The notes below the pieces were generated by a model. That model did not search any database, had not been told where the DNA came from, and was given only the letters and a program-made list of their open reading frames with translations. A DNA stretch of 64,000 nt from Eledone cirrhosa (Eukaryota): NCBI GenBank assembly GCA_964016885.1, contig OZ024743.1, positions 150,164,001 to 150,228,000 of the forward strand, in the 5' to 3' direction. How positions within the stretch are numbered: position 1 is the stretch's first letter; each line of letters begins with the position of its first letter. This document shows positions 28,545 through 41,606 of this stretch, piece by piece. Position numbers and translations under genes: made by a program.

Positions 28545-28860
28545 TTCTTTTACTGGTTCCAGTCAATAGAATGCAGGCATGCTGGGCCACAAATTCATAT
28601 GAATTTAGTTGGTCATATAAATTCAGTACTTAATTTATTGATCTCTATTTGTCACAATGTTACAGGATTTAAATAAATGGTAAAAACGTAGAGACACAAC
28701 ACACATACAGATCTATGTATATGTATATGGCAAGCTAGCACACAAGTTCTATTTACCAAACTTTACTCACAAGGCATTCGTCAATGCATGGCTAAGTAGA
28801 AGAGACTTGGCCAAGGTGCTACATGGTTGTAAACTTTTTAACCACACAATCATACCTGCA
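28545..28860 (-). mobile_element. Degenerate SINE with CR1-like tail
   Basis: Tail resembles the 1036-1086 LINE end; body similar to 33000-33330. Confidence 0.5.
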
Positions 28861-30332
28861 CTTCTTTATAAAACAGTAACACATTGTTTAACCTCATTTA
28901 AACCCTAATCAAGTAGACTAATTTTGTTTTGTTCAAACATCTTTTCATGTTGTAAAGTGTGGTTTGCAGGAAACTTGACTGCTATTTCTACCAGATTAAG
29001 CAAATACCATGAGGCTTTGTTTGTTCATCAGTGATAAATTTTCAATGATAATATTCTTCAATCTTAATAACAATGTCTAAAACAACAACAACAACAAAAT
29101 CACCAAGTTGAAATGAAAATAAAACAAATGAAAATCAAGGCATGTATCTAACACTCATAAAATTTATTGATTGTTGATATATTACAAATACTCATATGAA
29201 ACCACCTGTGAATGAAATATGGATATAAAGACTAATCACACACGAGCATAAACACCATAAATTCAGCTAAAAGTGAATAAAAATATAGAAATTCACACTT
29301 TAAACTTAAGAAAAAGTAAGTACAAAAATCTGTCTGCGTAAACGTACAAACTTAGAAACAAACGAACTGGTATGACTTATTGCAACAGATTGGTGTATTG
29401 GTGATGCCTGCTAGACAACTGTAACTGCCTGAGTAAGAGTTTGAGGGCTTTGCACCGAACTCTCCTATTTACTACTCCACAACATGGAGTGAATATCCAA
29501 GATGCTATTCTAATTGCCTACTAACACTAAAAAAAAACTAGACGTTTAACCATCAAACTCCTGAGAGAATGTAAATATCAATTAATCTGAAAGTACCATC
29601 ATCATTCTCACTGCAGTTCATATCCAGTACAACCAACTTACCATTCAGATCTAGGGAAATTGTACTTAACAGGTATTTCCAAAGTAACATTGTATAAATT
29701 AGCAGTAACAGAATCATAGTGTATTTCATAACAGAGATGTGAATGAGGGCATATAATACGATATGTTTATGTATAACAAGCATTTGTAGCAAGACATATG
29801 TATATATATTATACATAAACATATTGTATATATTTTTATATACATTTCTACTATATCTAAATCCTTTTTGTTGACTGTAACAATCTTTAGTACCAAGTTG
29901 ATCTGAGACTGAATTATTGCACCTACGTATGGATTTAAACATTTCATGTAAATCATTATGATTGATAACTCCATATTCTCTTAAACATGAGTATACATGG
30001 GTGTGAACAAAGCAGTTTTAAGTTGGCTACTACATTATCACTACATGTATGATTGCACTACCATCCATTCATTCATATAGGGAAGTTTACATACAATTCT
30101 TGGCTAGATTGAGGAATCAACTAAAGTGACAACAATAAAAGCAATGGGCCAATGAAGAGCCCTCTATGAGGTCACTCTGTCTGCTATAAATAATAGCTAA
30201 ATCCCTCAGAAACCATAATAAAAATCCTTTGATCATATAGTCCAGTTACTGAAAAGAAAAATATAGAACAGTTACTCTTAGATAACATTTGATCATGTCA
30301 ACTTGATTAGATTTAACCAAGGGCTAAATAAT

Positions 30333-30514
30333 TGTTTCTACTTTTGGCACAACGCCAAGCAATTACCCCAGTACAATATTGGTACATTATTTTATCGACC
30401 CTGTAAGGATGAAAGGCAATGTTAACCTCTGTGGAATTTGAACTCAAATCGTAACATGGCATAACTCTATGTTGTAAAGCATGGCGTCCAACCCTCTACC
30501 AATCCTGCCAATCC
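30333..30514 (-). mobile_element. tRNA-derived SINE with a 17-bp TSD
   Basis: TSD ACCAAGGGCTAAATAAT at 30316-30332 and 30515-30531; B box GAGTTCAAAT on the minus strand; core matches 39173-39356. Confidence 0.92.
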
Positions 30515-31770
30515 ACCAAGGGCTAAATAATAACAACAGCTTACACCTGGCCATTGTTGATATGAAAAAGCGGAGAAGTATATGTAGCTCAGTGACATCC
30601 AACTCAAATATTTTGCAAAGGTAAGTTGTTTAAAATTCATGGATCAGTAAATATCAGGTCATCATCACCAATATCATCATCATCATCATTTTACATCAAC
30701 TTCCCATGCTATCATGGCTTGAAGAAGTTGTTATGATCCAGTTCAGTTTTTATTCATAATCATTTCCCTCCTTTACCATGTCTTACTCATACATTCCAAC
30801 ATTGGACATGGTTTCTATGGCTGGATACTCTTCCTAAAACTATCAACATATGCATTATATTATGGTACAAACAGTAGAGAAATTGCCCTGCTCTTACAAG
30901 GCACATATGTTCTGTTCATTCGACGTAGTTTCTGTTCTTTCATGATAAAAGTTCTTGATAGTGTAGTTTTGAAAAGGAGTGAATGACCAAGAAGTTAAAT
31001 GAGGAAAGATTTTGAATATGAGTGTGAATGGGAAAAAATGTTTGGGTGGTAGCAGAGGAAGGGGCTAAATGGTAGCGGCATGAAAATATGTATATGAGGG
31101 AGATAGAGTGATAAAATAGTAGGGCATGGACATATTGGCTGTTGATAGGAGATTGAACAATAAAGGTGTGTTGTAGTGATAGAAAGTAAGTGATGGATAG
31201 TAACAGGGAAATGTGATGGTGAGATTTGTGAATAGCAACTAAATTTCATTGAGTAAACTTTCTATTCCAAGAGTTTATTCACTCGAGGATAAAAACAATC
31301 CAAAATATTACATTTGCTGCATGTTAGAAAAACCTCAGATCAAAAAGTAATGTTTAAAAATGTTTACCAATACATCATTCAGTCAATTGTTAGAAAATTT
31401 ATCACTGTTTGGGTTAATAAAATATCAAAGGTATTTTAAAAACATTATTTGCATTGCTCCACAAATGTGATAGAGCTCTACTATTTACTCTAACCTGCAA
31501 GACATTTACCAAACGTGAGGGCTCTTTTGTATTTGATGCATCATTTAGCAATACAAACTATCCTACTGGTACGTTAATCAGTCTCCTCTGTTCGAGACTG
31601 ATATTTTCATCTTTAATACCAGCCTCTACCTTAGTGCAAGTAACATCATGAACAATCAATTATTCGGAAAACTGAGAGTATAATTATAACTCAACGCCTA
31701 ACATTTTGTCTTGTTACCATTTTAATGACAAAGATAAGATGACCATTCCAATCTAAAATAATATTAATAA

Positions 31771-31801
<31 letters not shown>

Positions 31802-32999
31802 ACTAATAATAATTAATAACATTAATAATCTTAAAATATTAATTAATTCGTTCATAAAATAATGCACATTTAAATTCTTGTTGTTTTGTTGCTAATAAAA
31901 AATCAAGAAAAAATTATTGCACTAATAATTTGTATATGCTTGCTACCAATTTTCTTTACTTAACTTCTAAATCCAACAGAAATTTAGAAAACTCGCCTCA
32001 GTGAATATAATCTTGTCTGCTCTTGAACAAATGATTTGTTTCTAATATCGTAGATTCAATTGCCTTTAGATATCATTAATGGGAATATATTAGCAAATAT
32101 ACAATAATCTTTAAAAAAATTATGTAAGTCTCTGAATACCAATTTATAAAGATTTACCCACAGATCTGTTTATGAACCAATTAATTTCTCTATAAGTAAT
32201 TTGTTTAAGAAATATAAATAAATGTGAAAATTGTTTTAAATTCTGCTAAATATGTAATTAATGGTTAATTTTTTTTCTATTCAATTACAAATAAAACCAA
32301 TTAAATAATTAACATTAAGTGAATTATTGCTTTCAAGGAGTCTGTGGATAAACAATGAAACCATTATAAGCTGTAAACTAAATATGCAAAATTATTTTTG
32401 AAAGTATTTGCAATTCTGCTCATAGCTGTACAAATTCAAAATCTAGGGCTAGGAAGATAAAAATCAAAATCAAATTAAAATAACTTTTTCTTTTTTTCTT
32501 TTTTTAATTCATAATCAAACATTAAGATAATGATTTAAGGCAAATACCGAATTTAATTAAGTTATTAGAATAAAAATAGAAGATTCCTCGGTAGGAAAGC
32601 TATAAGAAAATTCTTTTTTTTTTTTTTTTTTTAAATTTGGGATGCTTTTGGTTTAGATTAAAGGAAGGGCCAAGATTGCAAACATGCATTTAAATGCCAC
32701 ACAGTCGAGTAATATTTATTGAAAAATGAATTAATAAAGAAATATTTACTTGCAAGCTCCAACAGATCTGAAATTTCTCATCCAAAGTAATGATTTACAC
32801 AACTAGCTCTCATTTCATTTTATAAGAACATTTACGAAAACCATTCGCTTTAAATGTAATCAATTTTCAATTTTAATGTCTCTGAAAATTGTTTTGGGTC
32901 TGGTGCTAGCATAATCATGACCATCTACATTCAACATTGATGTACAGAAAACAACATCCTTAAACGTTGGTAGTGGTAGGTAAGTGGTGAAAATAAAAT

Positions 33000-33340
33000 G
33001 GCTGTGTGGTTAGGAAGTTCACTTTGAAAACATGTGACTTTCAGTTCAATCCAACTACATAGCATTCAAGTTGACCAATGCCTTCTAAATGAAATTTGGT
33101 CAACAAACTATGAAGAAACTTGTATGTCAATGTAGTATATATTTACACTGACTGCTTAACAAGTAATGCTGTCTTTATATATCCAATTACTTAGAGATTC
33201 AACTATCAAAGACTGATTAACTAAGTACCAGATATTAAAATAAGTACTGGGTTGGTATAATCAACTAAAACCCCTTCAACCAGAGAGTCCTAGTATTGTC
33301 CAAGATTAATGAATGAAATATGTAAATGTATAAAAGAATT
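33000..33340 (+). mobile_element. Degenerate tRNA-derived SINE (second family)
   Basis: TGGCTGTGTGGT A box, GTTCAATCC B box, GACCAATGCCTT...AATTTGGT body shared with 41460-41585. Confidence 0.55.
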
Positions 33341-33414
33341 ATATATTTATAAAATATAGATACTAATAAAGTTCAAATAATTGGAAATTTTAACATGACC
33401 ATGTTGTTTATAAT

Positions 33415-33635
33415 TAATTTCTTCTCACATCTGCACAAGGACAGCAACTTGGGGGGAAAGGGAAAGTTGATTATATCAACCCTAGCACTTGACTGGTACT
33501 TTATTTTATCTACCCTGAAAGGATGAATGTCAAAGCTGACCTCACCAGGATTTGAACTCAGAACATAGAAAGTCGTAACTAAATACTGCAAAGAATGTTT
33601 TCCAATCCTCTACCTCAACTGCCAATCCACTGCTC
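33415..33635 (-). mobile_element. tRNA-derived SINE
   Basis: Reverse complement matches the head, B box and core of 39173-39356. Confidence 0.8.
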
Positions 33636-33871
33636 TCAATAAAGTAAAACTCAAACTCTAGTGATCATACTTATTATCATCATCATTTTTATGACTTTGA
33701 TTTTCTAATGCTGGATGTCTGCCCTGATGCCAACCCATACTTTATTCTGAGTATGGTATAATCTGCTAATATTTGTCAAACTAGTACACTGCAGGAGATC
33801 TTTTATGGTAAATATAATCAACTGTCCCAATAGGATTATAAATGATGTCGATATGGCATTTGCAGTGAATG

Positions 33872-35700
33872 ACATACATACATGATGGCTGCCTCCTCAG
33901 TATCGAGTATGGCCATTTCACGATAAAATAAAAAAAATAAAAACACACACACATGTATATTGATAATTAATGGTGCTGTGATCGAATATGGCTTTTTAGC
34001 CCAGCCAATGATCTAAAAGGACTTGCACAGAGTTGGCAACCCTGATAAAAAACATTCACTGGCAATAGCCAGCTGTGGTTGGTCTCCATGTACTTTTGCA
34101 TATTGTTTGAGCCTTCCTACTGATATAGACTTTCTTCCACATGCTTCACAGGTATGATGAGTAGCATCTCCGACAGCAGCCTGATAGTCAACAACTGGTC
34201 TCACTTTATGACTGCAAAGATGACTTTTGAGTCCAGCTTTGCTGAGTCTTGCACAGACGCTGCATGTCAGTGCCATAGGATGACCTTTGCTCTCTGGAAA
34301 TGTAACAGCAATACCTTTCTTGACATCCCTTTTTAGTTTCTTGTATGCAATTCGAGATGTTTCAAAAGCAACTTTCTCCTCGTGTACAGTCTTTCTCCAT
34401 TTATTACTATCAGCAGCTAAGCTTTCCCATGTATCAACAGAGATGTAAGCGTCTTTCAAGGAAGCTTTCAATGAATCCTTATATCTCTTTTTTGGTTTAT
34501 GTGGGGGTCGTTTTCCTTTAACTAACTCTCCATAAAAGAGTTGTTTTGGTATCCTAGAATCCCACATCCTGGCAAGGTGACCACTCCATCAGAATCTTTG
34601 CTTAAGCACAAGAGATTCTATGCTTTCACACAGAGAGCTTTCCAAAATATCAACATCACTGATGTGGTCCCTCCTGTGAATGCCATGGATCCATCTAAGA
34701 CACATCTGATGGAAACGTTCCAACTGTTTAAGGTGGTGTCAATATGCGACCCAGGTCTCGCAGGCACAGGCATAAAGAAGAGAGCACACGTGCCTTGTAC
34801 ACCTTTACCTTTGTCTTCTTGCATATGTCTCACCAACCCCAGAGGCGCCTTTCTAGCTTTCCAAAAGCATCACTTGCTCTGTGGAATTTCATTATTAAGA
34901 TTGCTGTATCGATTGACAATGCTTCCCAGGTAGACAACTGATCAACCAGTCCAAATCATTTACCATACCAGATATTTGGTTCATTGTACTGCTTACCAGG
35001 AGCAGGTTGGTACATGATGATAGTTTTCTTAAAACTGACACTCAATCTTAGGGCAGTGCAAGCATAAGAAAATGTATTCAAAAGGTGTTGCATATTAATC
35101 TCTGTGTGCGATACAAGATCGCAATTATCTGCATACAAAAGGTCTCTTACGATAGAGGTAAATAATTTTGTCTTTGCAGTAAAGCGCCTGATATTAAATA
35201 TACTGCCAGAGGTTCGATAGTAGATGTAAACACAATGATTGCAATTCCTGAATGCAATATAGAAAACCATCACAAGGCAAATAGGGTCGGTGCTGGAATA
35301 TCCCCGTTTCACTCCATTTTTTACTGAGATAGGGTCCGACATGTTACCACTGACATTAACCCAAGCCTTCGTGTCATCATGGAAAGACCTAACCAAAGCA
35401 AGGAACTTATCAGGGCAACTAAGTTTCTGGAGAACCCTCCACAATGCATTTCTGTTTACAGTATCTAAAACTTTTGTAAGATCGACAAAAACCTGATCCA
35501 GATCCAAACCTTGTTCCATGCACTTCTCCTGAAGCTGTCTAGCTGAGAAGAGCATATCAGTAGTGCCGCATCCAACACGAAAACCAGATTGACTTTCAGG
35601 AAGAACATAATCTGCAATGTGTGTCAGCAGATAGTCCAGAAGCACCCTACATAAAAATTTTCCTACTCAATGATATACCCCTATAGTTTCTACAATCATA
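33872..35700 (-). mobile_element. Decayed RTE (BovB-like) LINE with C-terminal C2H2 fingers
   Basis: LPESQSGFR, DMLFSARQLQEKC, FVDLTK, DLLYADN, RIPKQLFYGEL; CSVC...HLCSH and CEAC...KVH fingers; (ATGT)n-like tail near 33872. Confidence 0.9.
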
Positions 35701-38344
35701 CATACATACATGCGTGCATGCATGCACGCACGAAAATATACTCACAAGCATTTGTTAGCCTGTGGCTATAGTTGAAGCTACTCAAGGTGCGAAGATATGG
35801 GATTGAGCCCAAACCACATAGCTTTGTTAACAAGAATATAGTTGCATAGCTATCTGGACATATTCTATCTAATTTTCAACCCAGTCTGATTTTCTTGTGA
35901 CAAGATACTTAAAAAATATTTGTGAATTGACAAAGTTTGAAATTCAGCATACATTAACAGTTTTGTGATCAAATTTTTAATGAAATATGCTGTATTTCAA
36001 TCAGTTAATAAAAGTATTATAGGGATTTATTAAAATTATTAATTATTTCATTATTAAGATATTATCTTTAATGTAACTTAGCATAAGACACTTATATCAA
36101 ATTACACTAGAAAATTTTAATTTAAATAGGATCCCTTAAAATGGGTGATTTTCTTTCTTAAAATAGGGCAGTTTTTGGTGGTTTGGTATTAAAGGGTTTA
36201 AGTTTCAATAGGGCACACTGTATCAGATCAATTGCTATTAACTCATACAGTTACCCATATATATATAGAGAGATATATATAGATAGATCTGAATAACTAT
36301 GTGAGTTTAAAAAAGCAAATAGAAAGATTTATGGAAAAATATGGATTTCTTTTATGAACATTTTCCAAAGGAGGGCTTGAAAATGGAAACTATCTCTTAA
36401 TATAGATGAAATTGTATTTTGACAATGGTTTTTACTAAAATGATAGACATGTTATTTTGTTAAAGATACATTCACATGTTCTTAATTTTTCATTTTCTAT
36501 TCTTAGTCTCCTGCACAAATTATTGCACCCTAGCATGGTCACAGCCATGGACTGGAACAGGTAAAAGTGAAAAGAGATACAAGGTGTTTTCCTCATTTTT
36601 TACTATAGAACTCAGAATTGTGATAAGTATCCCTAAGAGACATTTCTCGTAAATACTTTCATCACTAAATTAATGAAAACTGATGGTATTAGACATATAA
36701 GATTTGGATATCATATTCAATCACTATAAGATCAATCTTTGACTATCTGGAAATTAGTAATCCATGAACCTTCATAACACTATTAGGCCAATATATTGAA
36801 CTTGATAAAATAGTCAAAAATATTACATGGGCGATATATTGACCTACAATTGTAATATTTACTTACTGTTTTATTATTTTTATGACAGTAGAATAAAAAA
36901 AGGCCAATATTACTTAAATTTCTAGAAATGTGTTTTTTAAATATAAAAAATAGATATTTATTGAGAAAAATTATAGATCTCTTTCTTTTAGCAATAAATG
37001 TACAAAGCCATTAGTAAATTTAGAATAATATTTGTCTTAGATTTAAGTGGGTGCTTTCCAATCCAGTTTGCATTGTTTAATATCTTTCTGCAAACATTAC
37101 ATATAAATGACAAGTGAAAAATTAAAATTGTTTCATTTCTGTTTCATTTTATGTAATGATTATTAATCAGGAATCTATTCAGTTATAATACAAAAACATT
37201 AATAATTTTCAGAATAATAATTCATATATAAAATTTGAAATATAACTATTTTACTACATGAAGAAAATAAAAGTATAAAATGTTATCAATTTTTATTCTT
37301 TTGTTAGCAATTGAAATTGATATGCCTAATTGCAAACAAGTGCCATAAAATGCTAAAAACACCAGTTTATTTGTTATATGTTAAGAAACCATCACAATAA
37401 CATCCTCTGAAGTTACTTTTTATATTTAAGAAAAAAAAGTAAAAAATTTGTATTGTCCTGATACTAATTGATTTGACCGTGGAAATGAATGTCAAGATAT
37501 CATATGTTTTGAATGAATTAAAAGGAATTTTGAAATGTTTGCTGAAATAGATATAAGCAAACAAAAATTACTGCAAGTGAAAACTGATTTTCGTTAAATG
37601 AAAAAAAAATATTGTATTTTAAAAATCTACTAAGCAAACCACTGAAGATTATACTTCATTTAAATACTTAAAAACAGTCATTTTAAATAGGTGTATCTCT
37701 TAAATATTAATCCACTCATTACAAAACCTTGTGAAAACTAATATAACTGAAACTGATGTGTCAGAATAAGAGATACAATAGCATTCAAATATAAATTACT
37801 CTGATTTTCTTCCTAATCTTCTCCGAATACACACACACATCACACAAGTCCCATGCTCTTGCTTCCCTCTCATGTGCATATCTTCAGACATCCCTTCTTG
37901 CCAACAAATTATCCATGGCATCTCTGTTAACAAACTTTGTATTCGTGAGCAGATTTCTATCAACACCAAACTTTTCAGGCTTTCTTCCCTTACTATGGAA
38001 ACAACAGCCTTTTCCATCCCTAACAAAACCAAGATTTCTAATTTCATTAACTATCAGTCTCTCTTTCAAGACAATTTTAAAGGATTTTTTTATCTCTGCA
38101 AGTTCCTTTTTCTATTCTGTATCTATTAATAGTACTGGAATGAATGACTAGTCACAGTGGTGGAGGAGGAGAAGGGGAAAGTTGTAGTACTTATGATTGC
38201 AGTGAAACATAAATAAGCACAGATGCATGTTTCCACAATCATACAACATCGACATCCACAAACAGGTTGAACACATCCTGTCTGTATATATCGATGCTGC
38301 ATCATTGTGGCAAATAAAGAAATCATTCAAAACTTGATTCAGTG

Positions 38345-38865
38345 GAATGATAAGTAATGGGGCCCCACACAGCCCCAGTGGACAGAATGGAGAAGGCGTT
38401 TCCCTGGAGGATGGCAAGGGAGATGCGCTGGAAAAGCCACTCCAACTTGCGGGGCTCACACCTGCAGCTGGCCAGCTCAGCGCCTATGGTGGTGAGTAGG
38501 GAGGTAGCCCTAGGGCCGAGGACACCAGAAGTCTCCACTTCCAAGGGTACAACTGCAAACCTGTTGGAGAGTGACCGGTATTTGAGGAGTTTGGCCTCCT
38601 CAGCCCGACGTGAAGCAGAACCTGGGTTAGTCGCAGACTGCACCAGGTTGTGGCTGCAGAAAGTGTCAGTGCAAGTGGCATCCCAGATGAGGGGTTTGCC
38701 ACTGCGGAATGGGAAGATGGTCATACCATCTGGCCTTTTGCTGTCCCCTCAGTCCAGCCCCACTGGCTCGCGCTGGGAAGGGAAGCCTGCAACGTCCAAG
38801 CCATGCTTTATGACCTCGTTGAGTGCAGCATGGCGTGAAAGGTGGCAGGCACTGTGGCGAGAAAT
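38345..38865 (-). mobile_element. CRE-like non-LTR retrotransposon 3' fragment (restriction-like endonuclease)
   Basis: RHAALNEVIK, RPDGMTIFPFRSGKPLIWDATC, KLLKY, VETSGVLG, LFQRISLAILQGNA. Confidence 0.88.
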
Positions 38866-39172
38866 CAGCATTTGTTATTACCCACCATGAGTTTCTTGCT
38901 CTGAGAATTTCCACAAAATCTGATACCTTTGTATTGATAAAGCTTTCAAAATCAACAGCTGCAAGAACATACTATCTAAGTTACCTGCTGTGTTTATTAA
39001 TGACATTTTCTTGGGTTTCTATTCTATCAATTGCAGTGTATTCACTCAGGTCAAAGAGCAGAGATGTAAAAAATAATTATTGACTCAGAGTTTGTAAACA
39101 AATTATTTTTGCTAAAAACCTATTTGCTCATAGTGCAAGTCTGACTTGTTAATATTAATTAGTGATAGAATT

Positions 39173-39356
39173 GGCGGTGAATTGGCAGTATCGGTAGAGG
39201 GTTGGACGCCATGCTTTCTAGCATAGTTATGTCTCTTTACAGTCTGAGTTCAAATCCCACCGAGGTTAACTTTGCCTTTCATCCTTACGGGGTCGATAAA
39301 ATAAAGTACCAGTAATGTACTGGGTAATTGCTGGCCTTATGCCTAAAGTAGAAACA
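39173..39356 (+). mobile_element. Young tRNA-derived SINE (Meta-core-like) with a 19-bp TSD
   Basis: TSD ATTAATTAGTGATAGAATT at 39154-39172 and 39357-39375; A box TGGCAGTATCGG, B box GAGTTCAAATCC; core GCCTTTCATCCTTACGGGGTCGATAAAATAAAGTACCAG. Confidence 0.93.
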
Positions 39357-41459
39357 ATTAATTAGTGATAGAATTAACTGTCAAAATATATGTTCAGAAT
39401 ACACAAACATATTGTATATAGGTTCATAAACACATGTTTCCCAAATCATGTTATTTTAGTGTGATTGCTAATTCATACCAGCTGGTCAAGCTTGCACTCT
39501 AATGAAATTAGCATTCAACAAGAACACAGAGAAGAGCTTGTTTACGAAGCCTATAAATAACAGTGTCTTTCATTACTTGGCAAGGGTGCTGACAAACTGT
39601 AACAACAGTGAAATACATGTATCTACTAGAATTTAGCCTTACTTCAATGTTGAGGTGGCTGTAACATGATCACAGCTTAACACACACAGCAAGACAAAAT
39701 GTATCTTTATAATACATAAACATATTGTATATATGCTCATATCTGAATCCCACTGTGTTAATGCTAGCACTAATTAAAAATAGTAAATGGATAACTAGGA
39801 AGTGTAACATGGGAAATATTTGATAGAGTGTAATTTTAGATAACACAATTTTAAAAGTTTGTCATTAGTATCAATGTTCAGCTGTCTATTAGGAACTTTA
39901 AAATGTCCAAAAGCAAACAAAAAATATATAAAATAGGAGCTGATAAACTCCTATAAATTATATTTCAGTACTGAAAATTTAAAAAAAAGCTGATCTGCTA
40001 GGTTACTAATGTTATTTCTGGATGCGTCAATGACATAGCAAATTTCAAAGTAAAAAAAAAAAAATACTGTCCATTAAATTTCTACAATATCTTCCCTTAT
40101 GGATTCAGAATTTCTAGATTATAAAGTATATGCCATTATAAAATAACATTAATATAATTAATTTATCAGAGGATTTACAATGTATCCAAAAATTTCACAA
40201 CATCAATTCTTATGTTTTTTTATTTAAAAAACAAATTCTCTACCTCAATTCTAAAAGGAATACATATTTTATCTTACATACTTGATGTTTGGTATAAAAT
40301 AGAAATGAAATATATGGACATACATCATTTAAGACCCTTTCATTTTAAAACTAAATATCATCCAACATCCACATCCACACTATCAATTTAGATTTTAAAC
40401 CATAACAGTATCATTTGAAATATTTAAAGAATTTCTTCAATATATTATTTTCACTCACTCAGCTACTGAGTATATTATATTAATGAATCAGTATATATGT
40501 TTCTAGCAGATTCCTCTTCTGTCATGCTCTTTCTTAACAAGCCGACATAAAGTCAATGATGTAAGGCTTAAGTCATTGAATCAACCGAGTGATTTTATAG
40601 CACTTCAATCCCAAAACACAAATTGGCAGCAGCTAAGTCAAGAAAATCAAAGCTTAACTGCCAATAGAGAAGAAATCAACTCCCTCAGAAACTGGCGATA
40701 AATTGCTAATCAATCAGCCAACCTGACATTTCTCCATGTTTTGAAATATCTATTTTTTTTCTTTATCTTTAAATCTTTTCTTTCTTGAATCTATTTTCTG
40801 CTTCAATACTTCTTTTTTCAAAGACCTAGAGTCATTTGAACTGAGGGTGAAAGGCTTAAATTTATATCTTTGTTATCCTATAGTAATAGGGTATCCCTTT
40901 ACGTAATCTGTTTGAAGTTCTAGAAAGAATGTTAAAAAGAGAAACAAAAAGTTAGCTTGGATAAAATTTGCTTTTAATGAGGTTTTTATCTTTATAGTAG
41001 ATGAAAAGATTTCCTCATACAGTAAATGTCATATTTCTTATAAAATGTTTTTATATTTTCTCCCTTCAGATTTAATATACTTATTAAAATGTTACAAACT
41101 TGTGAAACATATGCCTAGAATCCATTTTAATCAATGCATAATATTTATTAGTCATTTATTAATTCTTCCTTTATGTTTTACTGAGAAAATATTTTCCTGC
41201 TTCCAGATTTGTATTTACAAATTACTTAAATTGTTTTTATTTATTTCAATTAAAAAAATATCAAGCTTGATCTCAGAAGACTAAAGCTACATAACAAGAG
41301 GTACCATTTGGCATATGACACAGTTTACAGAATTAAAAATTAGATATAATGTAGCATTTACCATAATAAAAATAGTAATATAGGCATGTTATAGGTCTCC
41401 AGTGGAATCAAATTGGATATTGTTGAACAGTAAAAGGAGGTCATTAATTATTATAGCTA

Positions 41460-41585
41460 TCTAATTAAGGCATTCATTTTGCAGTTATAGGGTTCAGGGT
41501 TCAATCCCACTGTGTAACACCATGGGTTGACCAATGCCTTGTGAGGGAAATTTGGTAAATGGAAACTATAAAAGCTCATTGTGTG
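41460..41585 (+). mobile_element. Degenerate SINE fragment
   Basis: GGGTTCAATCCCACTG B box and GACCAATGCCTTGTGAG body. Confidence 0.55.
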
Positions 41586-41606
41586 TATATATATCTATAT
41601 ATAATG

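Noticed and set aside
29560-29620. Box C/D snoRNA in the candidate mini-intron
   Set aside because: ATGATGA is present on the minus strand but there is no properly placed CTGA box D or recognisable guide sequence.
39173-39260. tRNA gene
   Set aside because: A and B boxes belong to a SINE head with TSDs; no cloverleaf structure.
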